From positions 496,001 through 560,000 of the forward strand of contig CAUYUJ010000081.1 in NCBI GenBank assembly GCA_963575745.1: 64,000 bases of DNA, read 5' to 3'. The notes beneath the pieces were generated by a model that saw only the letters and a program-made list of their open reading frames with translations, was not told the DNA's origin and ran no database searches. The position numbers and the translations under genes are program-made. Below are positions 38,643 through 53,199 of the stretch, in pieces (positions within the stretch are counted from its first letter, which is position 1; the number at the start of each line of letters is the position of its first letter). Source of the stretch: Prorocentrum cordatum. Taxonomy: Eukaryota.

Positions 38643-40859
38643 ACGAATTGGTCCCCCGACGTGAATCTCAACCCACCCCTGGACAAACGTGGCCCCCCTG
38701 AAATGAAGCCCAGCACACAAACCGACACGCCAAACTTGTTCGAACTGTCTGTCGACGCGAGGTATAGACTCCTGCTGCTGGGAGTTCAAAGAGGAGGAGG
38801 AGGAGGAGGAGGAGGAGGAGGAGGAGGAGGAGGAGGAGGAGAGTCGGACGCGGCATTACAGCAGTCTGTGTGCCGATAATGGGGTGACCCATCTTTCGAC
38901 AGAGCCAAGGTAAGAACATTACGAGGAGGAGGAGGAGGAGGAGGAGGAGGAGGAGGAGGGGGAGGAGGAGGGCGATGAGGAGGAAGAGGGAGGGTGGAGG
39001 ACAACCAGGTCGGCTCACAACTGAACCGAACTCGCCGCCTGGCTTGGCAGACCTGCCCGATCGCCGCAGGACGCGCGGGAACGGAGCAATGAAGAGCCTG
39101 ACAAGAGATGGAACTCCTCGGGAAACAGAAGACCTGGCCTCCTCCTCCTCCTCCTCCTCTTCCTCCTCCCCCTTCTCCTCTCCCTCCCCTTCCTCCCCCT
39201 CTTCCTGCTCCTGCTCTTCATCCTGGGCCTGGGCCACGGTGCCCAGGCTCCCTTGAGTAGCTGGCCCAGCCCGTGCGGTCTGGACCAAGATTGTCCCAGG
39301 CTTTATACTACAGTGGGCCACCACGCCCTGTAGGGTGGTGACTCCAAGAGACTGGGCCCACAAACGGCGCTAAGGCGTCCCAGAGCCATATTACCTCAAA
39401 GCCTGTTCTCTCTATCCTCTCTCCTCTGTGGAGACTTCCGGAAGCCTCTCCAGAACACCGAAGTCACGCGGAAAACCTCCGAAAATCTTTGAGACACGCC
39501 GAAGGCCTCCAAGAACCACTGGGACCGCTGCGATCCAAGACGGACTCCGGAGGCGCCAGACCTCCCAAGAGCGCCCGGAGACGGCCGAAGGAGCCCCCGA
39601 GAGGCCCTGAGGAGGCCCCCAGAAGGCCCCTCGTGTCACAAGCCGGACACAAGGTGCCACACATGACGAACCCCTTGTGCGCTCCTCGAGCAGTCGCCAC
39701 CCAGAGTGTTGCGCTGCCACGATGGCGGGACCAGCCGCAGGCACCTGGATATATGCACGATCGGTCCCTGCATCTTGATACAAAAAGTCTGTCGAAGTGA
39801 TCGCATCAAAGTCAATTCTTGAGGGGGCGGTGCGTAAGGCGATTGCATGTGACTGTGCCAAAGGTGCCCGTACCACAAGGAAGTGTGACATACCAGTGCC
39901 ATGGTTGTAAGTAGCAAAGGCTGTCACTTAACGATCACACTCCATGAGGCTGTACCAAAGGCCACTGCACCAATGGAAACAGCAACTGCATGGTGGCACT
40001 GCCAAGTGAGTGTGAGATGTCTGTGCACAAGGTGTATGTAGCAAAGGGGGTCAATAAATGATTGCGCTCCATGAGGTTGTGCCAGAGGTCATTGTACCAA
40101 TGGAAACCGTACCGCTGGTGACTGTATGGTGACACCGAGTTGGCACCAGCAAAGGTTGTGTTCAAGATGGGTGCACTAAATGAATGTGTCCCCCTCTCTC
40201 TGTCTCTCTCATTATCTCCCTCTCTCTTTCTCATTGTCTCTCTTTCGAGGGCCCCACGGCTGGGTTAGCCCCTAGAATACCCTAGAACCACCACGTGCCC
40301 CTAAACCCTTGTTCTCCTCCCTCCCCCCTCCTCCTCCCCCTCCCCCAAAGAGAAGGGAAAAAGAAGAGGGTAGGGGACCAACTAGGCATGCTCACGCCAC
40401 ACCTCACGTCCTACTTATCCAACCCATCCCTTCCCATTGTATCAGCCAACGCGTGTCATAGCGGACCTTGAACTCGAAAAAGGACCCCGTCGTACTATGC
40501 GTAATCGGACATAAGAGCTGCGTACAGTTCAGGCGGAGGTGCAGGATGAGTAGGAGCATGAGCAGGAGGATGAGGAGGTGGAAGGAGGAGGACGAGGACG
40601 AGCAGCAGCAGCAGGAGCTGGAGTGGAATGAACGGGAGGAACAAAAGAACCAGAGGAAGGCGGAGGAGGGGAAAGGAGGGGGGGCAATGATGAGGAAGGA
40701 CTCGGATCCCGAAAAGTGGCCCGCGCTGGGGCGAGAATGCCTGTCTGACCGACGGGAGGAAAACGCCGATCCCAAAATGAGGCCCACGACACAAGGCCCA
40801 CTGTGCAGCGGCAACACCGTTTTGGAAGACCGAAAAGGATCATGTTGCATGTTCAGAAA

Positions 40860-42441
40860 CATGATCGACCCACGAACCCTGAAAGGAATCTAGACATGTA
40901 ACGCATGGCAACGTTTTCAAAAACACCTGATTGGGTGACGGGCAAATGCGTTGTTGAGTGCATCGATCTTGATATACCCTGCCGAGGCCTGTGCTGTGTT
41001 GCACCGTGCTGAATTCCGATGTGCCATGCCGCGATTGTGCTCTATAGCGTCGTGGATCGAGTCCTCCTTTGCATCCGAGTCATGACCGAACTGATCTGGA
41101 TTTTAAGCTCGAGCTGCCTCAGCACATAGTAGCTGCCCCAATGCGAATTGACAGGGGGACATGCCAGGAGGACGCGCCGCGGAACGTCCAAAGGGACGCG
41201 CCAGGCGACGTGCCAGGGGACTTGCCACGGGGTCGCACAGCGGGACGTGCCAAGGGGACGCGCTACGGAACGGACCAATGGATGTGCCACGGGATGTGCC
41301 AGGGGACGCGCCTCGCGACGTGCCAGGGGGACTCGCCAAGGGACGCCCCACGGAACGTTCCCAGGAACGTGCCAAGTTGCAGTGCTGAGTGTATCGATCT
41401 TGATGTACCGTGCCGAACTCTGTGCTGTGCTGCGCCGTGCTGAATTCCGATTTACCATGCCGCGATTGTGCTCTATAGCGTTGTGGATCGAGTCCTCCTT
41501 TGCATCCGAGTCCTGACCGAACTGATCTGGATCTTAAGCTCGAGAACACATAGTATTTGCCCCAGAGCTGATTGACAGGGGGGCATGTCAGGAGGACGCG
41601 CCACGGAACGTCTCAAGGGACGCGCCAAGCGACGTGCCAGGGGACGTGCCATGGGGACGCACCGCGGGACGTGCCAAGAGGACGCGCTACGGAACGTGCT
41701 GGGGACAAGCGGTTCGCTCGAGACATCCTGTCAAAATCCTGATGCTAGACACCCGCCTGAGCGACCTGGACACGTGAAAACAAGCGTTTCGCTCAACACA
41801 TCTTCAACACATTCTCATGCTAGACATCCGCCTGGGCGAACTGGACACGTGTAAACAAGTGGTTCGCTCGAGACATCCTCAACACATGTTCATGTGAGAC
41901 ATCCGCCTGGGCGATCTGGACACGTGAAAACAAGCTTATCTCTCGAGACATTCTCGACACATCCTCATGCTAGGCATCCGCCAGGGCAACCTGGACACGT
42001 GCAAACAAGCATCTCGATCGAGACCTCCTCAGCACATCCTCATGCGAGACATCCGCCTGGGCGACGAGGACGCGTGAAACTAAGCGTCTCGCTCGAGAAA
42101 TCCTCAACAAATCCTGGCGCTAGACCTGTGTATGGGCAACCTGGAGGCGTGAAAACAAGCGTTTCGCTCGAGACGTCCTCAAGACCTGGGCACGTGAAAG
42201 CAAGCATTTCACTTGAGAGATCCTCTGAATTCTGGCTTCCTTGGGGGAGGACAATCTATTCGAGACATCCTCAACAAAGTCTGAAAAAAACAAGCGTTTC
42301 GCTCGAGACATCCTCAACAATAATGTCGCAGGCCTTACGCGACCACGTTACTTACCGCTAAGTAATTTCGCCGGCCCTACAGCCGTCAGAACCGCGGGTA
42401 AACGCACTAAAAGAGAACCCTGGGCCCGAGCCCTTTCTGGG
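40860..42441. mobile_element. Family E element copy with ~76-bp internal array (~41705-42180)
   Basis: Conserved E start and end; ~430-bp unit present about 1.7 times. Confidence 0.8.
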
Positions 42442-42985
42442 AAAAAACAGACAGTCCTGTGTAAATAAAGCGTCAGCAGGTCAGGCTGGATTCGAATGGA
42501 CCTCGGAAACTCGCGAAGCGGCACTTGCGGGACGAGGAGGAGCACGGTGACGACAGGGGGGAAGGAGTATCGATCAGCAGAAAGATAAGAGGAGGGGGAG
42601 GAGGGGCGGGAGAGAGTGGAGTGGAAGCGCGAAGGGAAGGACGGAAGAGGGGTATAGGAGGGGCGAGGGAGGGCCACTCCTGCCTCTCCATCTCCTCCTG
42701 CTCCTGCCTCTGACGCCCAGCGGAACCAGAACAAAATACACAGTGGGCACCCTGGCAGAAGAAAGGCGAGCTTGGGTACCTCTCCGACCCGATTGCAAGC
42801 ACCCCGCACATTCGCCCCTGAAGTGGAAGAAGAAAAGACGGCCAAGCATACATGACGGTCGGAAGAAGTAGGTAAGAACATGAAGTAGGAAGGCGGATTA
42901 AGTTGATTGGGTCCAGGCCCCCCCAGAGAATAACAAAACACAGCAAAAGCATGTCGATTATTGAAGTAGGAAGGCGCTTGAAAAA

Positions 42986-44830
42986 CATGATCGACCCACG
43001 AACCCGGAAAGGAATATACAAATGTAAGACATGGCAACGTTTCACTGACACCTGATTGGACGACGGGCAAATGCAATGCTTAGTGTATCGATCTTGATGT
43101 ACCGTGCCGAAATATGTGCTGTGCTGGCCGTGCTGAATTGCGATGCGCCATGCCGCGATTGTGCTCTGTAGCCTCGTGGATCGAGTCCTCCTTTGCATCC
43201 GAGTCCTGACCGAACTGATCTGGATCTTAAGCTCGAGCTGACTGAGCACGTAACTAGTAGCTGCCCCAGAGCTGGTTGACAGGGGAACATGCCAGGAGGA
43301 CGCGCCGCGGAACGTCCCAAGGGACGCGCCAGGCGACGTGCCAGGGGACGTGCCAGGGGGACGCACCGCGGGACGTGCCGAGGGGACGCGCTACGGAACG
43401 TGCCAATGGACGTGTCACGGGACTTGGCAGGGGACGCGTCGCGCGACGTGCCAGGGGGTCTCGCCACAGGACGCGCCACGGAACGTGCCAAGGAACGTGC
43501 CAGGTTACAACGCTGAGTGAGTGTATCGATCTTGATGTATCGTGCCGAGGGCTGTGCTGTGCTGCGCCGTGCTGATCTACGATGTGCCATGCCGCGATCG
43601 TGCTCTATAGTGTTGTAGATCGAGTCCTCCGTTGCATCCGAGTCCTGACCGAACTGATCTGGATCTTAAGCTCGAGCTGCCCGAGCACATAGTCCACATA
43701 GTAGCTGCCCCAGAGCTAATTGACAAGGAAACATGCCAGGACGACGCGCCGCGGAACGTTCCAAGGGACGCGCCAGGCGACGTGCCAGGGGACGTGCCAC
43801 GGGGACGCACCGCGGGACGTGCCAAGGGGACGCGCTACAGAACGTGCTGGGGACAAACGTCGTGTTGGTGGCCTGGACACGTAAAAACTCGGTGCCAGCT
43901 CGGGATAACCATGTTAGATACCCACTGGGTGGCCTGGACACATAAAAACATGTGGTTCCAGCTCGGGACAATCATGTTCGAGATCTCCCTGGGTGGCCTG
44001 AGCATGACAAAAAACGTGGTTCCAGCTCAGGACAGCCATGTTAGATACCCCCCTGCGTGACCTGGATCCGCTGAATTCGCGCTCCCGGTCGAGACATCCT
44101 CGCAACGCCTTCCCTGGAGAGGCCCCCAAAGCGCAACCCCATGTCCAGAGCAAGAGACCAGGATTTTTCTGTATTGGGACATGTGTTTGGGTAGTGTTTT
44201 TCGGCCCTCCGCGCGTTTCCTCATAATTCGGCGTTTGGCCCGACGCCATGTTAGATACCCCAACTCTGCAAAACCAGCGTTTCGCACGAGACATCCTCAA
44301 CAATTTCTGAAAAACAAGCGTTTCGCTTGAGACATCCCCCAACTCTGCAAAACCAACGTTTCGCTCGAGACATCCTCAACAAATATAAAAAACAAACATT
44401 TCGCTCGAGACATCCTGCCAAAATTCAAGGAAATCCTGGAAAAACAAACGAATTGGTCGAGACATCCTGGAAATTCCTGCGCGCGGGACGCGGCACGCGC
44501 GAGACACCCTCGGAATTCCTGCGCGCGGGGCGCTTTTCCGCGTCGCGGTCGGCTCTGCAAAACCAGCGTTTCGCTCGAGACATCCTCAACAAATTCTGAA
44601 AACAAGCGTTTCGCTCGAGACATCCCCAACTCTGCAAAACCAGCGTTTCGCTCGAGACATCCTCAACAGATTCTGAAAAACAAGCGTTTCGCTCGAGACA
44701 TCCTCAAAAATAATTCCGCCGGTCCTACTCCCGCACGTAATTTATCGCAGAATAATTTCGCCGGCCCTACAGCCGTCGAAACCGGGGGTAAACCTCTAAA
44801 AGAGAACCCTGGGCTCGAGCCCTTTCCGGG
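42986..44830. mobile_element. Family E element copy
   Basis: CCCGGAAAGG near the start, CCTTTCCGGG at 44821-44830. Confidence 0.8.
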
Positions 44831-45211
44831 AAGATCGGGATCTGGGAATCCAAAAATACCTACTTTCAACGACCAGCGCGTAAGCACTCGGAGGTCAGCG
44901 CAGATTTCTTGGGATCGCAGCTGCCCCCCCCTCTGGCGCGCGGAGACGGGTGGCGCCAGAGGCGACGCCAGAGGGCCCAGCGCAGATCCAAGGAACACGC
45001 GCGGATCTCCGAAAGTGTTAATGTATACCTCCTAACGTGGTATTTTTAGTGCCAGTCTTCTTCTTCCTACCTAGTATGATCTAGAATATTATTAATTATT
45101 GTCAGTATTAGTAGTGTTGCTTTATCGTCTTATTGTAATGATTAGTATTAATCGTGTTATTCTTCGGCAGCCGCAAGCACCCCACACACTCGCCGCTGAA
45201 CTTGGACACGC

Positions 45212-45278
45212 CTCCGCGTCCAGTTCCGAGATCTTCTCCAGGAGGTCATCGTTCCGCATCTGCGCGTCCTCGAGGCGC
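45212..45278 (-). CDS. Candidate micro-exon (RLEDAQMRNDDLLEKISELDAE, coiled-coil-like)
   Basis: AG|G acceptor, AG|GC donor, strong GC3 bias, unique sequence between repeats. Confidence 0.5.
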
Positions 45279-45380
45279 CTTCGCGTCGCGCTAGAGGGCA
45301 AAGAAAGCAGATGGCCGAACGCTTGCGCTGCCAAAACATGTCGCGCCTTCCTGCCAGCACACGCTTCCACTCCACTGGAA

Positions 45381-46320
45381 CATGATCGACCCACGAACCC
45401 TGAAAGGAATCTAGACATGTGAGGCATGGTAACGCTTCAAATACACCTGAGTGGGCGACAGGCAAACGCAATGCTGAGTGTATCGATCTTGATGTACCGT
45501 GCCGAAGGCTGTGCTGTACAGCGCCGTGCTGAACTGCGATGTGCCATGCCGCGATTGTGCTCTGTAGCGTTGTGAACCGAGTCCTCCTTTGCATCCGAGT
45601 CCTGACCGAACTGATCTGGATCTTAAGCTCGAGCTGCCTCAGCACATAGTAGCTGCCCCAGAGCTAATTGACAGGGGAGCATGCCAGGAGGACGCGCCGC
45701 GGAACGTCCAAAGGGACGCGCCAGGCGACGTGCCAGGGGACGTGCCAGGGGGACGCACCGCGGGACGTTCCGAGGGGGCGCGCTACGGAACGGGCCAATG
45801 GACGTGCCACGGGACGTGCCAGGGGACGCGCCGCGCGACGTGCCAGGGGGACTCGCCAAGGGACGCCCCACGGAACGTGCCAAGGAACGTGCCAAGTTGC
45901 AGTGCTGAGTGTATCGATCTTGATGTACCGTGCCGAGGGCTGTGCTGTGCTGCGCCGTGCTGAACTGCGATGTGCCATTCCGCGAGTGCGCTCTATAGCG
46001 TTGTGCACCGAGTCCTCCTTTGCATCCGAGTCCTGACCGAACTGATCTGGATCTTAAGCTCGAGCTGCCTCAGCACATACTAGATGCCCCAGAGCTGATT
46101 GACAGGGGAGCATGCCAGGAGGACGCGCCGCGGAACGTCCCAAGGGAAGCGCCAGGCGACGTGCCAGGGGACGTGCCACGGGGACGCACCACAAGACGTG
46201 CCAAGGGGACGCGCTACGGAACGCGCCAATGGACGTGCCACCTCATGCTAGACATCCGCCTGGGCGAACTGGACACGTGAAAACAAGTGGTTCCCTCGAG
46301 ACAGCCTCAACACATCTTCA
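45381..46320. mobile_element. Family E element copy, end truncated
   Basis: E start at 45381; 431-bp unit period (45589 vs 46020). Confidence 0.75.
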
Positions 46321-46324
46321 TGTT

Positions 46325-46700
46325 ACGCTGCGCCCGCACTCCAAGGGCCACGATCCCAAGTAAGTTACGCTGCGTCCGCGCTCACAGGGCCACGATCCTT
46401 TGCAAATTACGCAAGGTCCACGCTCCCACTGCCGCGATCCCCCGTAAATAACACTGGGGTCGCGCTCCCAGGGCCACGATCCCTTGTGAATTACCCTGCG
46501 TCCGCGCTCCCAGGGCCCCGATCCCTCGTAACGTACATTGGGGTCGCGCTCCCAGGGCCCCGACCCCTTGTAAATTACGCTGCGTCCGCGCTCCCAGGGC
46601 CACGATCCCTACTAAAGTACATTGGAGTCGCGCTCCCAGGGCCCCGACCCCTTATAAGTTACGCTGCGTCCGCGCTCCCAGGGCCACGATCCCTTGAAAA
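46325..46700. repeat. ~40-bp tandem repeat (TTACGCTGCGTCCGCGCTCCCAGGGCCACGATCC); related copies ~30505-30665
   Basis: Read directly from the sequence. Confidence 0.85.
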
Positions 46701-46709
46701 TTACCCGCA

Positions 46710-47565
46710 GGCGTCCCACGCACACACACACACACACACTTTGGCAGTTTCACCCAACCAATACAGCGCGTCTTCCGCCGAAGGCCCCGGTGCCACTGCC
46801 TGCATGCGTCCCGAAAACCCAGTCTGACAGTTTCACCCACTGGATAAAGCGCTTCGTAGCCCCACAGGGAGCTCCACCGAAGGCCCCAGCGCCACAGTCC
46901 GCATGCGTCCCGAAAACCACATGTGGCATCTTCACCCACCCAGTAGAGCGCTTCGCGGCCCCATAGGGAGCCCCACCGAAGCCCCAAGTGGGACCGCCCG
47001 ACCCCATACAGCGCTTCGTGGCCCCATAGGGAGCTCAATCGCAGCCCTCAGTGGGACCGCCCGCATGCGTCCCACACACCCAATCTGGCACTCTCGCCCA
47101 CCCAGTACACCGTTCCGTGGCCCCATACGGAGCTCCACCGAAGGCCCCAGTGCCACCGTCCGCGCGCGCCCCGTACACCCAATCTGGCACTCTCGCCCAC
47201 CCAGTACACCGTTCCGTGGCCCCATACGGAGCTCCACCGAAGGCCCCAGTGCCACCGTCCGCGCGCGCCCCGCACACCCAATTTGGCACTCTCGCCCACC
47301 CTGTACAGCGTTTCGTGGCCCCGTAGGGAGCTCCACCGAAGGCCCCAATGGCACCGCCCGCATGCGTCCCACGCACTTAATGTGGCATCTCCACCCACCC
47401 AGTAGAGCGCTTCGTGGCCCCATAGGGAGCTCCACCGAAGGCCCAAGTGCCACCGTCCGCATGCGCCCCGAACACCCAATTTGGCACTTTCACCCACCCA
47501 GTAAAGCGCTTCGCGGCCCCGTAGGGAGCTCTGCCGAAGCCCCCAGTGGGACCGCCCGCATGCGT

Positions 47566-47631
<66 letters not shown>

Positions 47632-47866
47632 TTGGCAACGGTTCGCCCACCCAGTAAAGCGCTTCGCGGCCCCATAGGGAGCTCTACCGAAGCCCCCAGT
47701 GGGACCGCCCGCATGCGCCTCACACACGCACACACACACACACACACACGATTTGGCGCTTCACCCACCCAGTACAGCGCTTCGCAGCCCCATAGGGAGC
47801 TCCACCGAAGAATATATTCACAATTGCGGCACCCACAACTGCATATGGTCGGGTCCTTCGCCAGGA
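46710..47866 (+). mobile_element. Family F copy in the opposite orientation (satellite variant with (CA)n); only the hairpin end is visible
   Basis: Reverse-complement satellite units; ATGGTCGGG-TCCT-TCGCC-AGGA at 47845-47866. Confidence 0.7.
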
Positions 47867-47869
47867 TAA

Positions 47870-48200
47870 TTTGCCAGAGTTTCACGGATTGAGCGCGGGT
47901 CGTTTTCAAAATGTGGCTCTCGCCGTGGCGCGGCGCACATTCGTTTTCCAAATTTGCCAGAGTTTCACGGATTGAGCGCGGGTCGTTTTCAAAATGTGGC
48001 TCTCGCCGTGGCGCGGCGCACATTCGTTTTCAAAATTTGCCAGAATTTCACTGATTGAGCGCGGGTCGGTTTCAAAATGTGGCTCTCGCCGTGGCGCGGC
48101 GCAGATTCGTTCAAAAATTTGGAAGAGCTTCACGGATTGAGGGTGGTTCCTTTTCAAAATGTTGCTCTCGCCATGGCGCCGCGCACATTCGTTTTAAAAG
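47870..48200. repeat. ~83-bp tandem repeat, ~4 units (TTCACGGATTGAGCGCGGGTCGTTTTCAAAATGTGGCTCTCGCCGTGGCGCGGCGCAC...)
   Basis: Period 47881 to 47964; related single copy at ~2810-2880. Confidence 0.9.
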
Positions 48201-48242
48201 TTTACAAGAGGTTCATGGGTTCCCCTCATCAACGCACCAACA

Positions 48243-49727
48243 CATGATCGATCCACGAACCCGGAAAGGAATATAGAACTGTAACACATGGCAGCGTTTT
48301 CAAAGACACCTGATTGGGTGACGGGCAAATGCAATGCTGAGTGTATCGATCTTGATGTACCCTGCCAAGGGCTGTGCTGTGCTGCGCCGTGCTGAATTGC
48401 GATGTGCCATGGCGCGACTGCGCTCTATAGCGTCGTGGATCGAGTCCTCCTTTGCATCCGAGTCCTGACCGAACTGATCTGGATCTTAAGCTCGAGCTGC
48501 CTGAACACATAGTAGCTGCCCCAGAGCTAATGGACAGGGGAACATGCCAGGAGGACGCGCCGCGAAACGTCCCAAGGGATGCGCCAGGCGACGTGCCAGG
48601 GGACGCGCCATGGGGTCGCACCGTAGGACGTGCCAAAGGGACGCGCTACGGAACGTGCCAATGGATGTGCCACGGAATGTGCCAGGGGACGCGCCACGCG
48701 ACGTGCCAGGGGGACTCGCCAAGGGACGCCCCACGGAACGTGCCAAGGAACGTGCCAAGTTGCAATGCTGAGTGTATCGATCTTGATGTACCCTGCCGAG
48801 GGCTGTGCTGTGCTGCGCCGTGCTGAATTGCGATGTGCCATGCCGCGGTTGTGCTCTATAGCGTCGTGGATCGAGTCCTCCTTTGCATCCGAGTCCTGAC
48901 CGAACTGATCTGGATCTTAAGCTCGAGCTGCCTGAACACATAGTAGCTGCCCCAGAGCTAATTGACAAGGGGAACATGCCAGGAGGACGCGCCGCGAAAC
49001 GTCCCAAGGGATGCGCCAGGCGACGTGCCAGGGGACGTGCCATGGGGTCGCAACGCGGGACGTGCCAAGGGGACGCGCTACTGAACGTGCTGGGGACAAG
49101 CGTTTCGCTCGAGACATCCTATCACAATCATCCGAATTCCTACGCGCGGGACGCGGCACGCGCGAGACATCCTCGGAATTCCTGCGAGCGGGACACGAAA
49201 ACAAACATTGCGCCTGAGATATCCTCTGAATTCTGGCCCCCCACGAGGCCCCCGCTCGAGACATCCCCCAATTTTGCAAAACCAGCGTTTCGCTCGAGAC
49301 ATCCTCAACAAATTATGAAAAACAAGCGTTTCGCTTGAGAAATCCTGTCAAAACCCAAAGAAATCAAAATTCCTGCGTGCGGGACGCGGCACGCGCGAGA
49401 CATCCTCGGAATTCCTGCGCGAGGAGCGCTTTTCCGTGTCGCGGTCGGCTCTGCAAAACCAGCGTTTCGCTCGAGACATCCTCAACAAATTCTGAAACCA
49501 AGCGTTTCGCTCGAGACATCCCCAACTCTGCAAAACCAGCGTTTCGCTCGAGACATCCTCAACAAATTCTGAAAAACAAGCGTTTCGCTCGAGACATCCT
49601 CAAAAATAATGTCGCCGGCCCTACTCCGTGCGTGCCCGCTCGCAAAATAATTTCGCCGGCCCAAGTCGCAGGGGGGCCGGGGGGTTAACCAACTAAAACA
49701 AAACCCTGGGCCCACGCCCTTTCCGGG
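48243..49727. mobile_element. Family E element copy (both ends well preserved)
   Basis: CCCGGAAAGG 48260-48269; exact reverse complement CCTTTCCGGG 49718-49727; 431-bp unit period (48452 vs 48883). Confidence 0.85.
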
Positions 49728-49736
49728 AAAAATTAG

Positions 49737-51072
<1,336 letters not shown>

Positions 51073-53199
51073 AAAAAACGTTTTGGAAGGATTCAGGATA
51101 TGCGGCTGCAGTTACATTGATTCTCTATGTTGAAATTCTAGGAATGGCGTTCTGGCGCGATTCGAGATCGTCAAGACGCAACACTCAGGTTGATCCGTGG
51201 CGTTGGACTTCCGAGAACCGTGTTTTGGCTTGCTTCAGGGTCTTCAAACTGGTGTCTTCCAACGAGGCAGTTCCATCAATGGAAATCAACCGTTGTATGG
51301 GCCTATGAAGAGGAAGCTTGGAGGGAGGGTTTACTCCAATATCGTTGATGACTATTGGGTTTACACTGGTCCTCCTCCTCCTCCTCCTCCTCCTCCTCCT
51401 CCTCCTCCTCCTCCTCCTCCTCCTCCTCCTCCTCCTCCTCCTCCTCCTCCCCCTGCGCGCGACTGACCTCTGGGCACCCTGGCGCGGCAGTGCCGACGGC
51501 GTGGGCCCTCCGAGGCCCACCCCTGGCCCCGAGAGCCAGCGCGCCGTGGCGAGGAGAGCGCCCTGCTGCGGGCCCATGGGCACCTTGGCGTCGCGATGAT
51601 GATTTTGCCGGCCGGTATGTTCAAAGACTCCTGGGCTCGTCGAAGAGAAGGGCTGGAGAAGAGGAGGCGGGGGGGCGCATCATGGACCGAATCATGTGCG
51701 CGGACGAGGGGGGAGGGGGGGGCAGGGGGCGCGTCGAAAGAAGAGCAAGGGGGCCATGGCATCTGGGAGATGCCATTGCCCCGGCCGTGGTATCCGCTCC
51801 CCCGTCCTCGTCCCCCTTCTGGACGCCCCCATCCGAGACCTGGGCCTCTGGATGCCCGTTCTGGGGCCGGGGGGCGATGGGAAATCGACCCAGGGTTGGA
51901 AACTCCCTGGGGCGGCCGAGAGGTCCAGGATGGAGACGCCACGAAAAGGCTGTGACGTCGGATGCCTGGGCAGGTCGCCCGCGCCAGGGAGCGCGGCTAC
52001 CCTGGGGCATCTCGCGCTGGTCCCGAAGCGCCAAGCGCGGTTGCCTTCGCTCCCCTGCCAGGAGAGGCAGAAACGAGGGGGGCCTTGGTCGGCCGCTGCC
52101 GTGGTCCGCCACCTGGGCTCCCCTCGGCCATCCGCGCGCACAAGCGAGAGGGTGGGGCGAAGGATGGCTTGATGGATGGCACGCTCCTCGGAGCGGTAAT
52201 CGAAAATGTTTCAATCCACCGGCGCCAGGCGGTCCAAGACAGTCAGGCGCCAGTCAGCAAGCAGTGGGGAGCACCGAAGGCGAATTGAGGCACGAAAGCG
52301 AAAAAGAGCGCGAGAGCCAAGAAGAAGCCTGCTCAGACCATGTAAGGCGGCGCGGGGATGCCGAAGGAGAACGCATACGAGCTGCGTACAAGCAGCGGAA
52401 AGTGGAAGCGAAATGAAAATCCAGAAACGTCGGTCTGTCCATGTCTGTTCCAGCCGCCCGCGGCGAGGAGAAGCTGAAGACGACTGCGCCCGAAGGGCCC
52501 GACGGAGCAAACGAAATCAAGCACGAGGGCGCCACACACACGCACGCACACAGCGTAGGGGAAGCCAGGACTGAGTGTTGGGGGCGGCGGGGATGGCAAG
52601 CGGGACACAGGAGACCGAAGCCTTGCACTGAAAGTCCCATAGCGCACGCACCAGAGTCCAATGTTGGCGAAAGCAAATTCTGGTTGCACGCGAGTGATGG
52701 CGCAGACACAGCAACGACATGAGGCATTGAGCCGAAGAAGAAAGAGCAACCGGAAATGAGCTATTTTCCCGTTACCGTGCCACTCGCCATCGCCCCTGCC
52801 CCGAGAGCGCGGTGGACCGACCCAAGGCATCTCTCAGTCCACTGCTTCGTCGTCGTCGCAGTCGTCCTGTGCCGAGGCATGGACAAGGCGCGAGTGATGA
52901 TGACAACGATGACAGATCCCTGACGGGTCTCACAAACCACCACACCACCAAAACCGCGGTCGCTGCTGCAGTGGCGCCTCTTGCGGCAATGGCAACAGTA
53001 GCAGATGCGATAGCGGCACTTGTAGTTTTGCCGCATGCCATTGGGTCAACAACGGCAACAGTGCCAACAGCAGTAGTGACGATACATAGTGCTCAGCATG
53101 GATGCGAAAGCCACAACCACAACGGCTCGCCTGGGAAACAGCGGCGCGTACTGAGCTCGCCAAGAAACGCGATCCACATATATCTGAATATACCTATAT

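Noticed and set aside
48454..48500. Hammerhead ribozyme in the conserved E core (GTCCTGACCGAACTGATCTGGATC)
   Set aside because: No CUGANGA...GAAA core with the required stems could be drawn. A covariance-model search would settle it.
15436..48900. Recurrent ORF MHPSPDRTDLDLKLELP... as a multigene family
   Set aside because: It is the translation of the ~430-bp family E unit. It starts at TTG, copies carry frame-breaking indels, and the product is low-complexity.
51185..52416. Long ORFs in GC-rich unique sequence (51355-52416; also 55502-56541)
   Set aside because: No recognisable motifs or codon bias. Long frames are expected at this GC content, though small exons may be present.
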